This document shows, one piece after another, positions 42,575 to 52,850 of a stretch of DNA of 64,000 nt. Numbering within the stretch: position 1 is the first letter of the stretch; the number at the start of each line of letters is the position of its first letter. Location: positions 7,469-71,468 of the forward strand of contig VMEM01000005.1 of NCBI GenBank assembly GCA_007375535.1, written 5' to 3'. This DNA is from Parcubacteria group bacterium LiPW_41 (GTDB lineage Bacteria; Patescibacteriota; Minisyncoccia; UBA6257; GWB1-50-10). Below the pieces are notes generated by a model, which saw nothing but the letters and a program-made list of their open reading frames with translations, was not told where the DNA came from and made no database searches. The position numbers and the translations under genes were made by a program.

Positions 42575-43900
42575 ATGGCAATCGTAGAACCAACGTTACC
42601 AGGGGGTTTCAAAGACTATCTGCCTGAGGACATGATTCCTCGCCAGAAGTTGTTTGATGGAATTAGAACCGTATTTGAACGGTTTGGTTTTGTTCCACTT
42701 GATACTCCATGTGTTGAACGTTCTGAAGTCTTAACTGGTGGAGACGCTGAATTTCAAAAACAGATTTTTTATGTATCACAACCAGGTGGAGACAAGGATT
42801 CTACCGCACTTCGTTTTGACCTTACCGTACCACTGGCACGAGTCATCGCTTCATATGGAGATAAAATCTCTCGACCATTCCGCCGATACCAAATTGGACG
42901 ATTGTGGCGCGGTGAACGTCAGCAAGCAGGACGATATCGCGAATTTGCACAATGTGATGCAGACATTGTTGGTGTTGCAGGAATGAAAGCAGACGCAGAA
43001 ATTATTGCATTAATGGACTCATTAATGACAGAGCTTGGATTTGATAAATATTTAATTCGTATTAATAACCGAAAAATTTTGAATGGTCTTTCAGAATATG
43101 CTTCTTTTGAAAGTGAGAAAACAAATACAATTATTCGAATTATCGACAAACTCGACAAACAACCATGGAGTGAAATAGAAAGCGAATTGAAAGAAAAAGT
43201 ATCACTCAATGACACTCAGATAGAAAAAATAAAAGCATTTACCGATATAAAAGGAGAGAAGCAGGAGGATATTTTAAATGCACTCAGTAAATTATTCTGG
43301 GAAATTTCTATTGCGGAAGAGGGAATTAGTGAGCTCCGAGAAATAATGAGCTATCTTGATGCAATGGGAGTGTCACGTACCTCATGGACAATTGATTCAT
43401 CAGTTGCTCGCGGTCTTGGATATTACACGGGGCCAGTATTTGAAACTCAATTGCTCGACTTAAAAGAAATTGGAAGTGTTTTTTCTGGTGGGCGATATGA
43501 CGGACTTGTATCACGATTTAGCAAACAAAATGTACCGGCAGTTGGTGCTTCTCTTGGTATTGATAGACTTTTTTCAGCAATGGAAACATTGGGTCTCGTT
43601 GAAAAGAAGAAAAATGTACTACAGGCCTTGGTGCTCAATTTTGAACCAAAGGCAGAAATGAAAGTAATGCAAATTGTTTCAATATTAAGAAAGCGAGGAA
43701 TAAATTCTGCACTCTATCAAGGATCGGAAAATACATTAAAAGGACAACTCTCATATGCAGTAAAAGAAGAGGTTCCTTTTGTGGTAATCGTGGGAGAATC
43801 AGAGCTTAATGAAAATATTGTTCTCACAAAAAACCTAGGAACACGCGAACAAGTAAAAGAAACACTTGATGAGTGCATAGAAAGAATCATAAAAGGATAA
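42575..43900 (+). CDS. hisS: Histidine--tRNA ligase.
   Basis: Class II motifs (FRRYQIGRLWRGERQQAGRYREFAQCDADIVG; GGRYDGL) and anticodon-binding C-terminal domain. Confidence 0.85.
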   Translation: MAIVEPTLPGGFKDYLPEDMIPRQKLFDGIRTVFERFGFVPLDTPCVERSEVLTGGDAEFQKQIFYVSQPGGDKDSTALRFDLTVPLARVIASYGDKISRPFRRYQIGRLWRGERQQAGRYREFAQCDADIVGVAGMKADAEIIALMDSLMTELGFDKYLIRINNRKILNGLSEYASFESEKTNTIIRIIDKLDKQPWSEIESELKEKVSLNDTQIEKIKAFTDIKGEKQEDILNALSKLFWEISIAEEGISELREIMSYLDAMGVSRTSWTIDSSVARGLGYYTGPVFETQLLDLKEIGSVFSGGRYDGLVSRFSKQNVPAVGASLGIDRLFSAMETLGLVEKKKNVLQALVLNFEPKAEMKVMQIVSILRKRGINSALYQGSENTLKGQLSYAVKEEVPFVVIVGESELNENIVLTKNLGTREQVKETLDECIERIIKG

Positions 43901-43903
43901 ACT

Positions 43904-44893
43904 ATGCCAAAGGGGTTTTGGAAAACAATTAAAAAACCATTGGTTGCAATTGCTCCAATGGCGAACGTTACCGATGTTGCATTCCGTGCAATTCTTACTA
44001 AATATGGAAAGCCGGATGTAATGTGGACGGAATTTGTTTCTGCAGATGGTTTGTGTAGCTCAAAAGGAAGGGAGAAACTTTTAGGGGATTTAGCGTTTTC
44101 AAAAAAAGAACGTCCTATTGTCGCACAAATATTTTCATCAAAACCAGAAAAAATATATGAAGCAACAAAACTTGTTGCTTCTTTAGGATTTGATGGAATT
44201 GACATAAATATGGGATGTCCTGATAGGGCGGTGGTTAAGCAGGGTGCTGGCGCTGCATTAATAAAAAATCCAAAAATCGCACAAGAAATAATATTTGCAG
44301 CACAAAAAGGTGCAGGAAAAATCCCTGTATCAGTAAAAACACGCATTGGATATTCAAAAGATGAAATTGAGACATGGATTCCAATGCTTGCACAATCAAA
44401 TCTTGATGCAATAACCATTCACGGAAGAACGATGAAGGAAATGTCAAAAGTCCCCGCACATTGGGATTTAATTGCTGAATCGGCAAACATCATCCGCTCG
44501 TTTCATAACAAGAAAACATGCCCGATTATTCTCGGAAATGGTGATGTACAAAATAGAAAAGAGGCAGAAGAAAAATGTAAGCAATATGGGGTTGATGGAG
44601 TAATGATTGGGCGTGGAATATTCACAAATATTTACGCATTTCGAAAAAAAGAAAAAGTGTTGACCATAGAAAACCGAATCAAAATTTTACTTGATCACAT
44701 AAAAGAATTTGAGAAAATACACAAAAACGACGAAGATGCAAAGACGCGAAAGTTTGATTATCTTAAAAAGTTTTTCAAAATTTATATCTCTGATTTTGAT
44801 GGAGCAAAAGAACTTCGTATACAACTAATGAATTCACATAGCACAGAAGAGGTAAGAGCGGTAGTCGAGGCATTCAAATCTCGCACTTTTTAA
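43904..44893 (+). CDS. tRNA-dihydrouridine synthase (Dus family).
   Basis: KPLVAIAPMANVTDVAFRAI, TIM-barrel FMN-binding pattern. Confidence 0.8.
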   Translation: MPKGFWKTIKKPLVAIAPMANVTDVAFRAILTKYGKPDVMWTEFVSADGLCSSKGREKLLGDLAFSKKERPIVAQIFSSKPEKIYEATKLVASLGFDGIDINMGCPDRAVVKQGAGAALIKNPKIAQEIIFAAQKGAGKIPVSVKTRIGYSKDEIETWIPMLAQSNLDAITIHGRTMKEMSKVPAHWDLIAESANIIRSFHNKKTCPIILGNGDVQNRKEAEEKCKQYGVDGVMIGRGIFTNIYAFRKKEKVLTIENRIKILLDHIKEFEKIHKNDEDAKTRKFDYLKKFFKIYISDFDGAKELRIQLMNSHSTEEVRAVVEAFKSRTF

Positions 44894-44977
44894 AAAAGGT
44901 ATCAGATTGACATTTAATTGTTTTTATGTGACAATGAAAATCTAATCAACTTTACCAATTTAATAGGAGTAGCTTTT

Positions 44978-45286
44978 ATGAAAATCAACTTATTTGCATT
45001 TCAGGCATTGATTCAATTAGATATGAAATCACCAGCTTTTTCTGGTAATTCAAAGCTGAAAAAAAATCTCGTTGAACAAATCGGAAAGGAAAAAACATAT
45101 CTTGTTGATAGCGTTTCCGACGTTCCTGAAAAAGAAATAAATGATAATTATGGTCATCCGCAAAAAGTCACCATCTTCGTTGGCGACAAAAAAGAAACAT
45201 TCTCCGGCTCTTTTTTTAAAAAATATGAGCCAAAAGACAAACCAAAACATACAAAAGTTTTTGATGACTTATGTAAAAGAAAATAA
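44978..45286 (+). CDS. Hypothetical small protein (102 aa).
   Basis: RBS TAGGAG then ATG. Confidence 0.4.
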   Translation: MKINLFAFQALIQLDMKSPAFSGNSKLKKNLVEQIGKEKTYLVDSVSDVPEKEINDNYGHPQKVTIFVGDKKETFSGSFFKKYEPKDKPKHTKVFDDLCKRK

Positions 45287-45346
45287 CTATATAATCCCGC
45301 CATTGGCGGGATTTAATTTTATTCAAATTCAGAGTACGATATAAAT

Positions 45347-46039
45347 ATGCGGATTCAAAAATACTGCTCAGAAAAAGGATTGTGTTCTCGAAGAGAGGCG
45401 GAGGACTATATACAGCGTGGATATGTAAAAGTGAATGGAAAGGTAGTTCGCGAAATGGGAGTTCAAATTGACCCAGAAAAAGATAAAATTCAACTTTCAA
45501 TCCCAAGAAAGATAACTGCAACACAAGGAAAAATAACTGTATTGTGTTACAAACCTCGTGGATATACCTGTACAAAGTCACGCGATGAGGGCCCAAGCGT
45601 TTTTTCGTTGTTCCCAGAATGGTCACATCTAAACTCGGTGGGACGCCTCGATAAAGATAGCGAGGGACTTTTGTTACTTTCAAACGATGGGCGAGTAACA
45701 AAAGCAGTGACAGGAGAAGATCATAAAATCGAAAAAGAATACGAAGTTGATGTTCGAGAAGAAGTATCTCAAGACAAACTAAATATGTTGAGTAAAGGTG
45801 TGTTAATTGACGGAATCCAGACATTGCCAGCAATCACAAAAATGATTGGGGATCACAAATTTCGAATTGTTTTGAGAGAAGGAAGAAAACATCAAATCAG
45901 AAGAATGGCGGATGTCGCACAGTGGACAGTCACCCGACTCAAACGAACAAAAATCGGAGCATTTACTGGTCGAGGACTTGAACCAGGAAAAGGAAGGGTA
46001 CTGAGCGAAAAAGAAGTGAAGGAGATTATCAATTCCTAA
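45347..46039 (+). CDS. rRNA pseudouridine synthase, RsuA/RluB family (S4 domain plus catalytic domain).
   Basis: N-terminal S4 (RIQKYCSEKGLCSRREAEDYIQRGYVKVNG); catalytic GRLDKDSEGLLLLSNDG. Confidence 0.8.
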   Translation: MRIQKYCSEKGLCSRREAEDYIQRGYVKVNGKVVREMGVQIDPEKDKIQLSIPRKITATQGKITVLCYKPRGYTCTKSRDEGPSVFSLFPEWSHLNSVGRLDKDSEGLLLLSNDGRVTKAVTGEDHKIEKEYEVDVREEVSQDKLNMLSKGVLIDGIQTLPAITKMIGDHKFRIVLREGRKHQIRRMADVAQWTVTRLKRTKIGAFTGRGLEPGKGRVLSEKEVKEIINS

Positions 46040-46061
46040 AATATAAATTATACTTATCTAT

Positions 46062-46922
46062 ATGAGAGGATGTTTTAGTGGAAACTTTGAATCGCGCTCC
46101 TTAAACAGTGTTTCTTTTGAACAGGGAATGAAGCGCGCAGAAAGCATAATACAAAAAGAAGCAGTTCCATTTGAAAAATTTGAGCCTATTTTTGGTGCTG
46201 ATGTTGTTCGAGCGGACAAAGCTCACGTTGCAAACCTTAAGGAACGCTTTAAAAAAGGAAAACAAATTGATGCCTATGGATCAAATTGTGGAACAATCTT
46301 TGAGGCAATACTGCATATGCGTTTAAAAAAAGGAGATTGGATAAGCAATGTTGATGCAATTAAACCAAATGAGTTTGATGATTTCACCCATGGAATGGAT
46401 GAAGTGGTTCGCGTAATTAACCCAGAAACTAAAAAACAAGAAACTGTTTTTGCTATCGATGCTCTAACTGTTGGAGGGGGACCACTAAACGTTGGAGTTG
46501 TAAAAAAAATGGACCGCATCAAAGAAGAGGTAGCATCAAACCATCTTCCAGAAATTAAATATTTTTTAAATGAGGAAACGGGAGAGGTTGGAATAAAAAA
46601 TATTCCACGAATTGTTGTTGCCGCTGATACAAAAACAATGCAGGGGTTAAATGAATTATGGATGGAAAGAAACGGCGAAGAGTTAGCAAAGCACCCACTA
46701 CAAATCCAGATTTTAGAACAAATCATTGAACAGGCGGTTGCAATTGGATCGTTTGCAAAAAAAAATGGACAGAACGAAATCGCAGAAAAATATGACGCAA
46801 TCCGTATGTGGGCAAAGAAGAAATTGAGCGAGTCATCAAAACGTGCCCGGACCGATTGGAATGATGATGCGTCTTCGGTAGTTTCAAATGCGCTTTGGCC
46901 ATTTAAGGAAACAAAAGTATAA
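46062..46922 (+). CDS. Hypothetical protein (286 aa).
   Basis: ORF; no recognised motifs. Confidence 0.5.
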   Translation: MRGCFSGNFESRSLNSVSFEQGMKRAESIIQKEAVPFEKFEPIFGADVVRADKAHVANLKERFKKGKQIDAYGSNCGTIFEAILHMRLKKGDWISNVDAIKPNEFDDFTHGMDEVVRVINPETKKQETVFAIDALTVGGGPLNVGVVKKMDRIKEEVASNHLPEIKYFLNEETGEVGIKNIPRIVVAADTKTMQGLNELWMERNGEELAKHPLQIQILEQIIEQAVAIGSFAKKNGQNEIAEKYDAIRMWAKKKLSESSKRARTDWNDDASSVVSNALWPFKETKV

Positions 46923-47066
46923 ATGAAGAAAGATATAATCCTTCTGATAATCACTATTCTGCTTCTTTTTGCGACCGCACTAATTGAGTGGAATCTTTAT
47001 TTCTGGTTAGTATGGATTATGGTATTCGTCGGTATTGCATATTGGTATCGGTCGAAAAAAATATAA
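46923..47066 (+). CDS. Possible small membrane peptide (47 aa).
   Basis: ATG directly after previous TAA; two hydrophobic helices; below track threshold. Confidence 0.3.
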   Translation: MKKDIILLIITILLLFATALIEWNLYFWLVWIMVFVGIAYWYRSKKI

Positions 47067-47194
47067 ACACATCTATGCGACTCGGAAAAATATTCATCCT
47101 TATCTGTGCACTTGTTTGTGCTGCTGGCATCATAGTAGCAATTTTCTCCTAATAAAAATCCCGCGAGTCCTTGAGACTGCGGGATTGATTGTTT

Positions 47195-47707
47195 TTAGCA
47201 ACATTTTTTTTGATGTGCTTCCAAAAGGCCAAAAAGAATATACTTTTTACACTTCGGACACACATCGGTGCAACACGGAACGAAGTGCTTGATCTTCAAA
47301 TCGGGATTTTTATGACAATCACAGTTACATACAGTTGAATCGTAGTCACAGTGAGAGTTAAATCCAAATTGAACGAGAGCGGTAGCAAATAAAAGATTGT
47401 TCTTTGCTACCGTTGCATCTGAAAGGTGAATAAGAATTTCAGCAGATTTTTCTTCAAATTGTCCGATGGTACCTTCTATTGCTTTTTTCTGCTCTTCAGA
47501 AATAACCAACTCTCCATCTCGCAACGCATAAAGAATTTCTAATGATCGATTCAGTCTTCTTATCTCAGTATTCAAACTATCGATTTCGGAATTTCCGCAG
47601 TTAAAACTTTCTCCTCCGGAAACCTCCTCCCATTTTTTTGATAATTTCGCGTCGAGCTGTTTTTTTCTGTTTTCCAGCTCGGTGATACGTTTCAAAATAG
47701 CGTCCAT
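47195..47707 (-). CDS. Coiled-coil protein with C-terminal Cys-rich zinc-ribbon-like region (170 aa from MDAILKR).
   Basis: RBS AAGAGGAGG before ATG; C-terminal C..CDC...CC..CPKC cluster. Confidence 0.5.
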   Translation of the reverse strand: MDAILKRITELENRKKQLDAKLSKKWEEVSGGESFNCGNSEIDSLNTEIRRLNRSLEILYALRDGELVISEEQKKAIEGTIGQFEEKSAEILIHLSDATVAKNNLLFATALVQFGFNSHCDYDSTVCNCDCHKNPDLKIKHFVPCCTDVCPKCKKYILFGLLEAHQKKCC

Positions 47708-47832
47708 AACGCCTCCTCTTTGTTTATGTTCTAACGACATTCTATTTCTCAAGGACGTCTCTGTCAAAGTTGAATTACAACCAATTTTGATGTAAAACCA
47801 ATAAGTACTTAAACAATCTATGGAGGTGGTCA

Positions 47833-48255
47833 ATGAGAATAGTAATAGCCTTTTTTCTGCTATGCCTTACCAGCGCAGATACGTTTTCGCAGGACATAAT
47901 CGTTGAATTTCACAAAAAGAATGGAGAATGCACGATTATTGCAGTTAACAGCGAACATAAAAAAATCGAACTTAGGACATATGATGTCGTATTTCCAAAA
48001 CAAACAAAGTTATTTCCAGTAATCGGAGTAATTGAGGAATCAACCTTGTTTCACACTGGGGATAAAATCGCGAAAGGGATGGTGACGCTAAAAATGTTTG
48101 GAGTTCATAGAACGTATAGATTTTACATAAGAAGTGTTAAATCAATTGATCATATTAAAAAATCCTACGATTCATTTTATATGGAAAATTGGGATCTCAG
48201 AGATTTCATTGGATGTATTGATGGTGTGCGAGCAAAAATATTTATTCGTGATTAA
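47833..48255 (+). CDS. Hypothetical secreted protein (140 aa).
   Basis: Signal peptide MRIVIAFFLLCLTSADTFSQ. Confidence 0.5.
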   Translation: MRIVIAFFLLCLTSADTFSQDIIVEFHKKNGECTIIAVNSEHKKIELRTYDVVFPKQTKLFPVIGVIEESTLFHTGDKIAKGMVTLKMFGVHRTYRFYIRSVKSIDHIKKSYDSFYMENWDLRDFIGCIDGVRAKIFIRD

Positions 48256-48284
48256 CCAAACCCCCACACAAGTGGGGGATTTTT

Positions 48285-49388
48285 TTAAAACACAATTTTT
48301 ACAATTTCTGATTTTGTTCCTACACGAAGTGGGGGACCCCATGTTCCGACACCACTTGAGGTATACACATTCATATCGTTGTAAGGATGCAACCCATACT
48401 CATAGACACCATACACCATTCTTGTTATATACATAAATGGAAATACCTGGGCAACATGAGTGTGCCCTGATATTTGAAAATTAACTCCCGCATCAGATGC
48501 AATATTTAAGTTTGTCGGTGCGTGTTTTAAAAGAATCGTTGGAACTTCTGGTTTCACAAGTTTTTTTAATGTCTCAACAAACGTTTCTTTATTTTCTGAG
48601 TCTCGATAATCAACCCCGATGATATTCATTCCACCAATCGAGACTGATTCATTTTTTAATACAGTTATTCCACTCTCTCGTACTGCATTTATAAATGACT
48701 CATCATTCGAAAACTCCTCATGATTTCCACTAATAAAATAGGTACCATGCGTACTTTTAATTGATGCAAGTGGTGCAACTGCCCCAGAAAGATTCTCAGC
48801 GGTTCCATCAAATACATCTCCACCAAGAAAAACAATATCAGGATTAAGTGATTGAATTTTTTCCGAAATTTTTTCACTAAAGGATTTGGAATAGACCTGT
48901 CCAAGATGAATGTCACTTACCCATACCGCACTTTTCCCTTTCCATTCTTCAGGAATATTTTTGATTGTTGGGCGTATTTCCGTTATCTGCATCGTTCGCG
49001 CGTTGTATACTCCATATATCCCGACACCAAATCCAATTAATAAGAGAATAACACCAAATAACTGAGTTAGTTGTGTAGACAAAATGTTTCCAACACCTAA
49101 TCTAAGAAGGAAAAAAATAATTGTAGCAAGAAAGAGGTATAGCAAAATACCAAGCCACACTGCAGCACTTGTGTAGAAAATTTGTGTAAATGAATTGTAA
49201 AATTTTGAACCGATAACCGAGGCAAAAATAAAACTTAAAGAAAGTACTCCAAGTATCACTCTTAATGAAAGTAGCGCAGTACCATTCTTGATGGCGAATA
49301 AATCAATGATTCCTTTATATAAAACATAATGTGCACCAAAAAGAATTATTTGAATAAACAGTAAAATGATAATAAAAATATATCGCAT
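48285..49388 (-). CDS. Membrane-anchored metallophosphoesterase (calcineurin-like).
   Basis: N-terminal TMs; SDIHLG, GGDVFDG, GNHE, SGHTH motifs. Confidence 0.75.
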   Translation of the reverse strand: MRYIFIIILLFIQIILFGAHYVLYKGIIDLFAIKNGTALLSLRVILGVLSLSFIFASVIGSKFYNSFTQIFYTSAAVWLGILLYLFLATIIFFLLRLGVGNILSTQLTQLFGVILLLIGFGVGIYGVYNARTMQITEIRPTIKNIPEEWKGKSAVWVSDIHLGQVYSKSFSEKISEKIQSLNPDIVFLGGDVFDGTAENLSGAVAPLASIKSTHGTYFISGNHEEFSNDESFINAVRESGITVLKNESVSIGGMNIIGVDYRDSENKETFVETLKKLVKPEVPTILLKHAPTNLNIASDAGVNFQISGHTHVAQVFPFMYITRMVYGVYEYGLHPYNDMNVYTSSGVGTWGPPLRVGTKSEIVKIVF

Positions 49389-49393
49389 GCGTT

Positions 49394-50248
49394 TTAGTAA
49401 AGTTTTTGATTATATGATTCAAGTTGAAGTCGTCCGCTCTGTCCTTTTCGTGGATCTCCCTTGTATATAGTAACTCCACAATTTATTGGAAAATCTTCAT
49501 AATCAACTTTCATAAACTGCTCTCTATCCCATCGCTCCAAATTTGCACGAAGCGAAAGAAGGGTAAGATGGTGTGAGATACACAACACCGTCTGTTCTGA
49601 ATATTCACGAATGGTGGTACTTAAAAAGCTTCTCACGCGATCTCGTACGTCCGCTTTATTCTCCCCATTTTGATATCGGTAGCCATAATCTCCCTCAAGC
49701 TTATAAAGAAGTCCCTGAAGGGGATTTAGAGTGAAATAGACACTCCTGTCGTTATAGAGAGTCGAAAGCCCATGTTCCTGCTCTCGAATTCGCTCCTCGG
49801 AAACAACACGCACATCTCGAAGCGCTGGCCATCCTTTTTGAATTTCTTCTAATGTTTGTCGAGTTCGAAGGTATGGAGACACAAACACAACATCAGGCAA
49901 ATATGATTGTTTTGCTAGTTGCTCTCCAGTAGTCCGAGCCTGTTCTCTTCCAGCATCCGTAAGTGGGGTATCATAGTCATTCTCATCTAATCTACATTCC
50001 TTCCAAATTTCATTTGCCATCGCAACTAGCTTTGCACTTGGCCAATCTGGTGTTACTGCGACAGAAAATTCTTTTGTAAACAACTCTCTAAATTCGTCAT
50101 AATGTTCCATCCGTTGTTTTTTTGCACGAAGTGCATTAAATGCTGATTCTCCATGACGAATAAAAATGAGTGTTGTTGGCCATTTCATATGTTCAGTATA
50201 AGGCATTTTCTCAACACCAGAAAGATTTCTATCGTACGAAGTATCCAA
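49394..50248 (-). CDS. Histidine phosphatase superfamily (phosphoglycerate mutase-like) protein.
   Basis: LIFIRHGESAFN (RHG catalytic motif). Confidence 0.65.
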   Translation of the reverse strand: MDTSYDRNLSGVEKMPYTEHMKWPTTLIFIRHGESAFNALRAKKQRMEHYDEFRELFTKEFSVAVTPDWPSAKLVAMANEIWKECRLDENDYDTPLTDAGREQARTTGEQLAKQSYLPDVVFVSPYLRTRQTLEEIQKGWPALRDVRVVSEERIREQEHGLSTLYNDRSVYFTLNPLQGLLYKLEGDYGYRYQNGENKADVRDRVRSFLSTTIREYSEQTVLCISHHLTLLSLRANLERWDREQFMKVDYEDFPINCGVTIYKGDPRKGQSGRLQLESYNQKLY

Positions 50249-50322
50249 TCAACTGTATTGGACTGTTCTCTTTAATTTGTATAGATTTATAGAAACATTA
50301 ACAAATAAAAAGGAGAATAATC

Positions 50323-51741
50323 ATGGAACGTCTTCCATTGTCTTCCAAAATCATCCAGGGCGGCATGGGAGTGAATATCTCCGGCTGGCGCCTGGCTCGT
50401 ACCAACTCACTACAAGGTCAGTTAGGTACTGTTTCCGGCGTGGTTCTCGAAAGAGTTCTTGCACGTCAGCTTCAAATGGGTGATCCCGGTGGTCATCTTC
50501 GCAGAGCACTTTCACACTTTCCTTTTCCTTCTTTTTCAAAAGAAGTTGAAAAACACTTTTATGTTGAGGGAGGAATCGCTGAGGGAACCCAATTTAAAGC
50601 AGTTCCGATGTTTACCATAAATCCTTCAAAACTTCTCATTTCTCTCACTGTTTGTGCCAATTTTGCTTTTGTGTGGTTAGCAAAAGAAAACAACCCGAAC
50701 CCAGTAAGCATCAACTATCTGGAAAAGGTTTCTATGCCACACATTTATGCAATTACTGGGGCAATGCTCGCTGGCGTTGATTTCATAACGATGGGAGCTG
50801 GCATTCCTTTTCAAATTCCAAACGTGATTGAAAGTATTGCAGAAGGAAAGCCAGTAACTTATCGAATTCCAGTAATCGGAAATAAAATTAAAAACCATAC
50901 AGTAAGTTTCGAACCAGAAAAATTTTTTGGAGAGAAACTGCCTATATCAAAAAAACCAGGATTTATTCCAATAATTGCATCAAATCGTCTCGCAAATATC
51001 CTAAGTGGAAAATTACCAAAGGGGAGTATTTCTGCATTTGTTGTTGAGCTTTGGACTGCAGGAGGTCATAATGCCCCACCAGTGGAAATTCTTTTTGGAA
51101 CAGACGGAAAACCACTCCCAATATATGGAGAAAAAGATCTTATTGATTACAAGAAGCTTACCGATCTTGGTATTCCGTGGTATCTTGGTGGATCTCAAGC
51201 TTCACCTGAAAAACTACAATGGGCACTCTCGGTTGGTGCATCAGGTATTCAAGCGGGATCTATTTACGCACTTTGCGATGAATCAGATATGTATTTTGAA
51301 ATCAAAAAAACTGCTCGCAAACTTGGTTTCCAAGGAAAGTTAATAATTAGAACCGATATGTTAATTTCTCCAACTGGATTTCCATTTAAGGTGGCCGTTC
51401 TATTTGGAACACTTTCTGAACATGATATATACGAATCTCGTATTAGAATATGTAATCAAGGAGCACTTGTTTCACTTTATGAACGAGAAGATGGACTAAT
51501 TGGATATCGCTGTCCCGCTGAACCAATCGATCAATTTATAAGAAAAGGTGGAGATATTTCTGAAACTTTTGGCCGCGGCTGCCTCTGTAATGGTCTTGGC
51601 ACTACTGGCGGAGTTGGTAATTACGGAGAACCTGCGATTATGACACTCGGTGATGACCTAAGCTTCCTTCTCTTTTTAATGAAAGATGAAAATGACTCTT
51701 ATTCTGCCCAAGATGCAACAAACTATCTTCTTGGATATTAA
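50323..51741 (+). CDS. Nitronate monooxygenase/FabK-like (NMO family) FMN oxidoreductase.
   Basis: IIQGGMGVNISGWRLARTNSLQGQLGTVSG N-terminal motif. Confidence 0.6.
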   Translation: MERLPLSSKIIQGGMGVNISGWRLARTNSLQGQLGTVSGVVLERVLARQLQMGDPGGHLRRALSHFPFPSFSKEVEKHFYVEGGIAEGTQFKAVPMFTINPSKLLISLTVCANFAFVWLAKENNPNPVSINYLEKVSMPHIYAITGAMLAGVDFITMGAGIPFQIPNVIESIAEGKPVTYRIPVIGNKIKNHTVSFEPEKFFGEKLPISKKPGFIPIIASNRLANILSGKLPKGSISAFVVELWTAGGHNAPPVEILFGTDGKPLPIYGEKDLIDYKKLTDLGIPWYLGGSQASPEKLQWALSVGASGIQAGSIYALCDESDMYFEIKKTARKLGFQGKLIIRTDMLISPTGFPFKVAVLFGTLSEHDIYESRIRICNQGALVSLYEREDGLIGYRCPAEPIDQFIRKGGDISETFGRGCLCNGLGTTGGVGNYGEPAIMTLGDDLSFLLFLMKDENDSYSAQDATNYLLGY

Positions 51742-51834
51742 TTCAACCCCCGCACGCGCGGGGGATTTTTAAAAATCTCATGCAAAAAATATGCTATTAT
51801 TAGTAAAAGTTGTCAAAATTGTAAAAGCAACACC

Positions 51835-52845
51835 GTGAATAAAAAAATAATATTTCTACTACTTTTTTTCATTATCGCGCTTTCTTTTGTTTTTTTCTTT
51901 TTCAATCGAAAGGAAAAAGAAGATACCGAACTTATTCCTGTTTCTCTTGAACTAAAATGGCTCCATCAATCTCAGTTTGCAGGAAATTATACCGCAAAAG
52001 AAAGGGGGTTCTATGCCGACGAGGGACTCAACGTAACACTAATACCATTCTCTTTTGAAAACCCGGTTATTAAATCAGTAACAGAAGGAAGTGCAATGTT
52101 CGGTATAACCGGAGCTGACGAACTTTTAATTGCAAGAACACAAGGAGCTCCACTCAAAGCGCTTGCTGTTATTTATAAAATAAATCCCGTATGTGCTTAT
52201 ACATTGAAAAAAAGTGGGATTACTAAGCCACAAGATTTTATTGGAAAAACAATCGGCATCGAAAGAGCATCCGATGGAACCGAAGTAAACATTGGAATTC
52301 TTTATTCTGCAATGATGTCAAAACTAGGAATCGATCGTAGTAAGATAAAAGAAATTACTATTGGATATGATCCATCAGAACTTCTAAGCGGGAAAACTGA
52401 TGTTTCAACCGGTTATATCATTAATGAACCACATAGGGCGGTGATGCAAGGACACGAGATCAATACTATTCTTATGGCAGACTATGGGGTAAATATGTAT
52501 GCGGACGTTCTCTTTGCAAGCGAAAGCACAATAAATCAGAAACCAGAACTTGTAGAAAAAATGCTTCGAGCAACTCTCAAGGGGTGGCAATATGCAATTG
52601 AAAATAACGATGAGGCGATAAGCGATGTATTAAAATATTCGAAAAATGCAGCTTCGCATGAGATATATATGTTAAAATCGTCAATTCCACTCATCAACAC
52701 GGGAGACACTCCGTTGGGTTGGATGGAAAAAACAAAATGGGAGCAAGTTCAAAATATACTTTTTGAACAAAAAATTCTGAATACCATAATAAATATTGAA
52801 GACATATATACAATTGAACCACTTAAGAAAATCTATAACCGGTAA
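51835..52845 (+). CDS. ABC-type transporter substrate-binding protein, NMT1/THI5-like (NitT/TauT family).
   Basis: Signal anchor plus periplasmic-binding-fold pattern (LKWLHQSQFAG...GADELLIARTQGAPLKALAVI). Confidence 0.55.
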   Translation: MNKKIIFLLLFFIIALSFVFFFFNRKEKEDTELIPVSLELKWLHQSQFAGNYTAKERGFYADEGLNVTLIPFSFENPVIKSVTEGSAMFGITGADELLIARTQGAPLKALAVIYKINPVCAYTLKKSGITKPQDFIGKTIGIERASDGTEVNIGILYSAMMSKLGIDRSKIKEITIGYDPSELLSGKTDVSTGYIINEPHRAVMQGHEINTILMADYGVNMYADVLFASESTINQKPELVEKMLRATLKGWQYAIENNDEAISDVLKYSKNAASHEIYMLKSSIPLINTGDTPLGWMEKTKWEQVQNILFEQKILNTIINIEDIYTIEPLKKIYNR

Positions 52846-52850
52846 ATAAT

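Noticed and set aside
51745-51835. TPP (THI-box) riboswitch upstream of the NMT1/THI5-like binding protein, and T-box upstream of hisS.
   Set aside because: Neither the conserved CUGAGA/ACCUGAUCUGGAUAAUGCCAGCG THI-box elements nor a T-box specifier/antiterminator is present; the leaders are too short.
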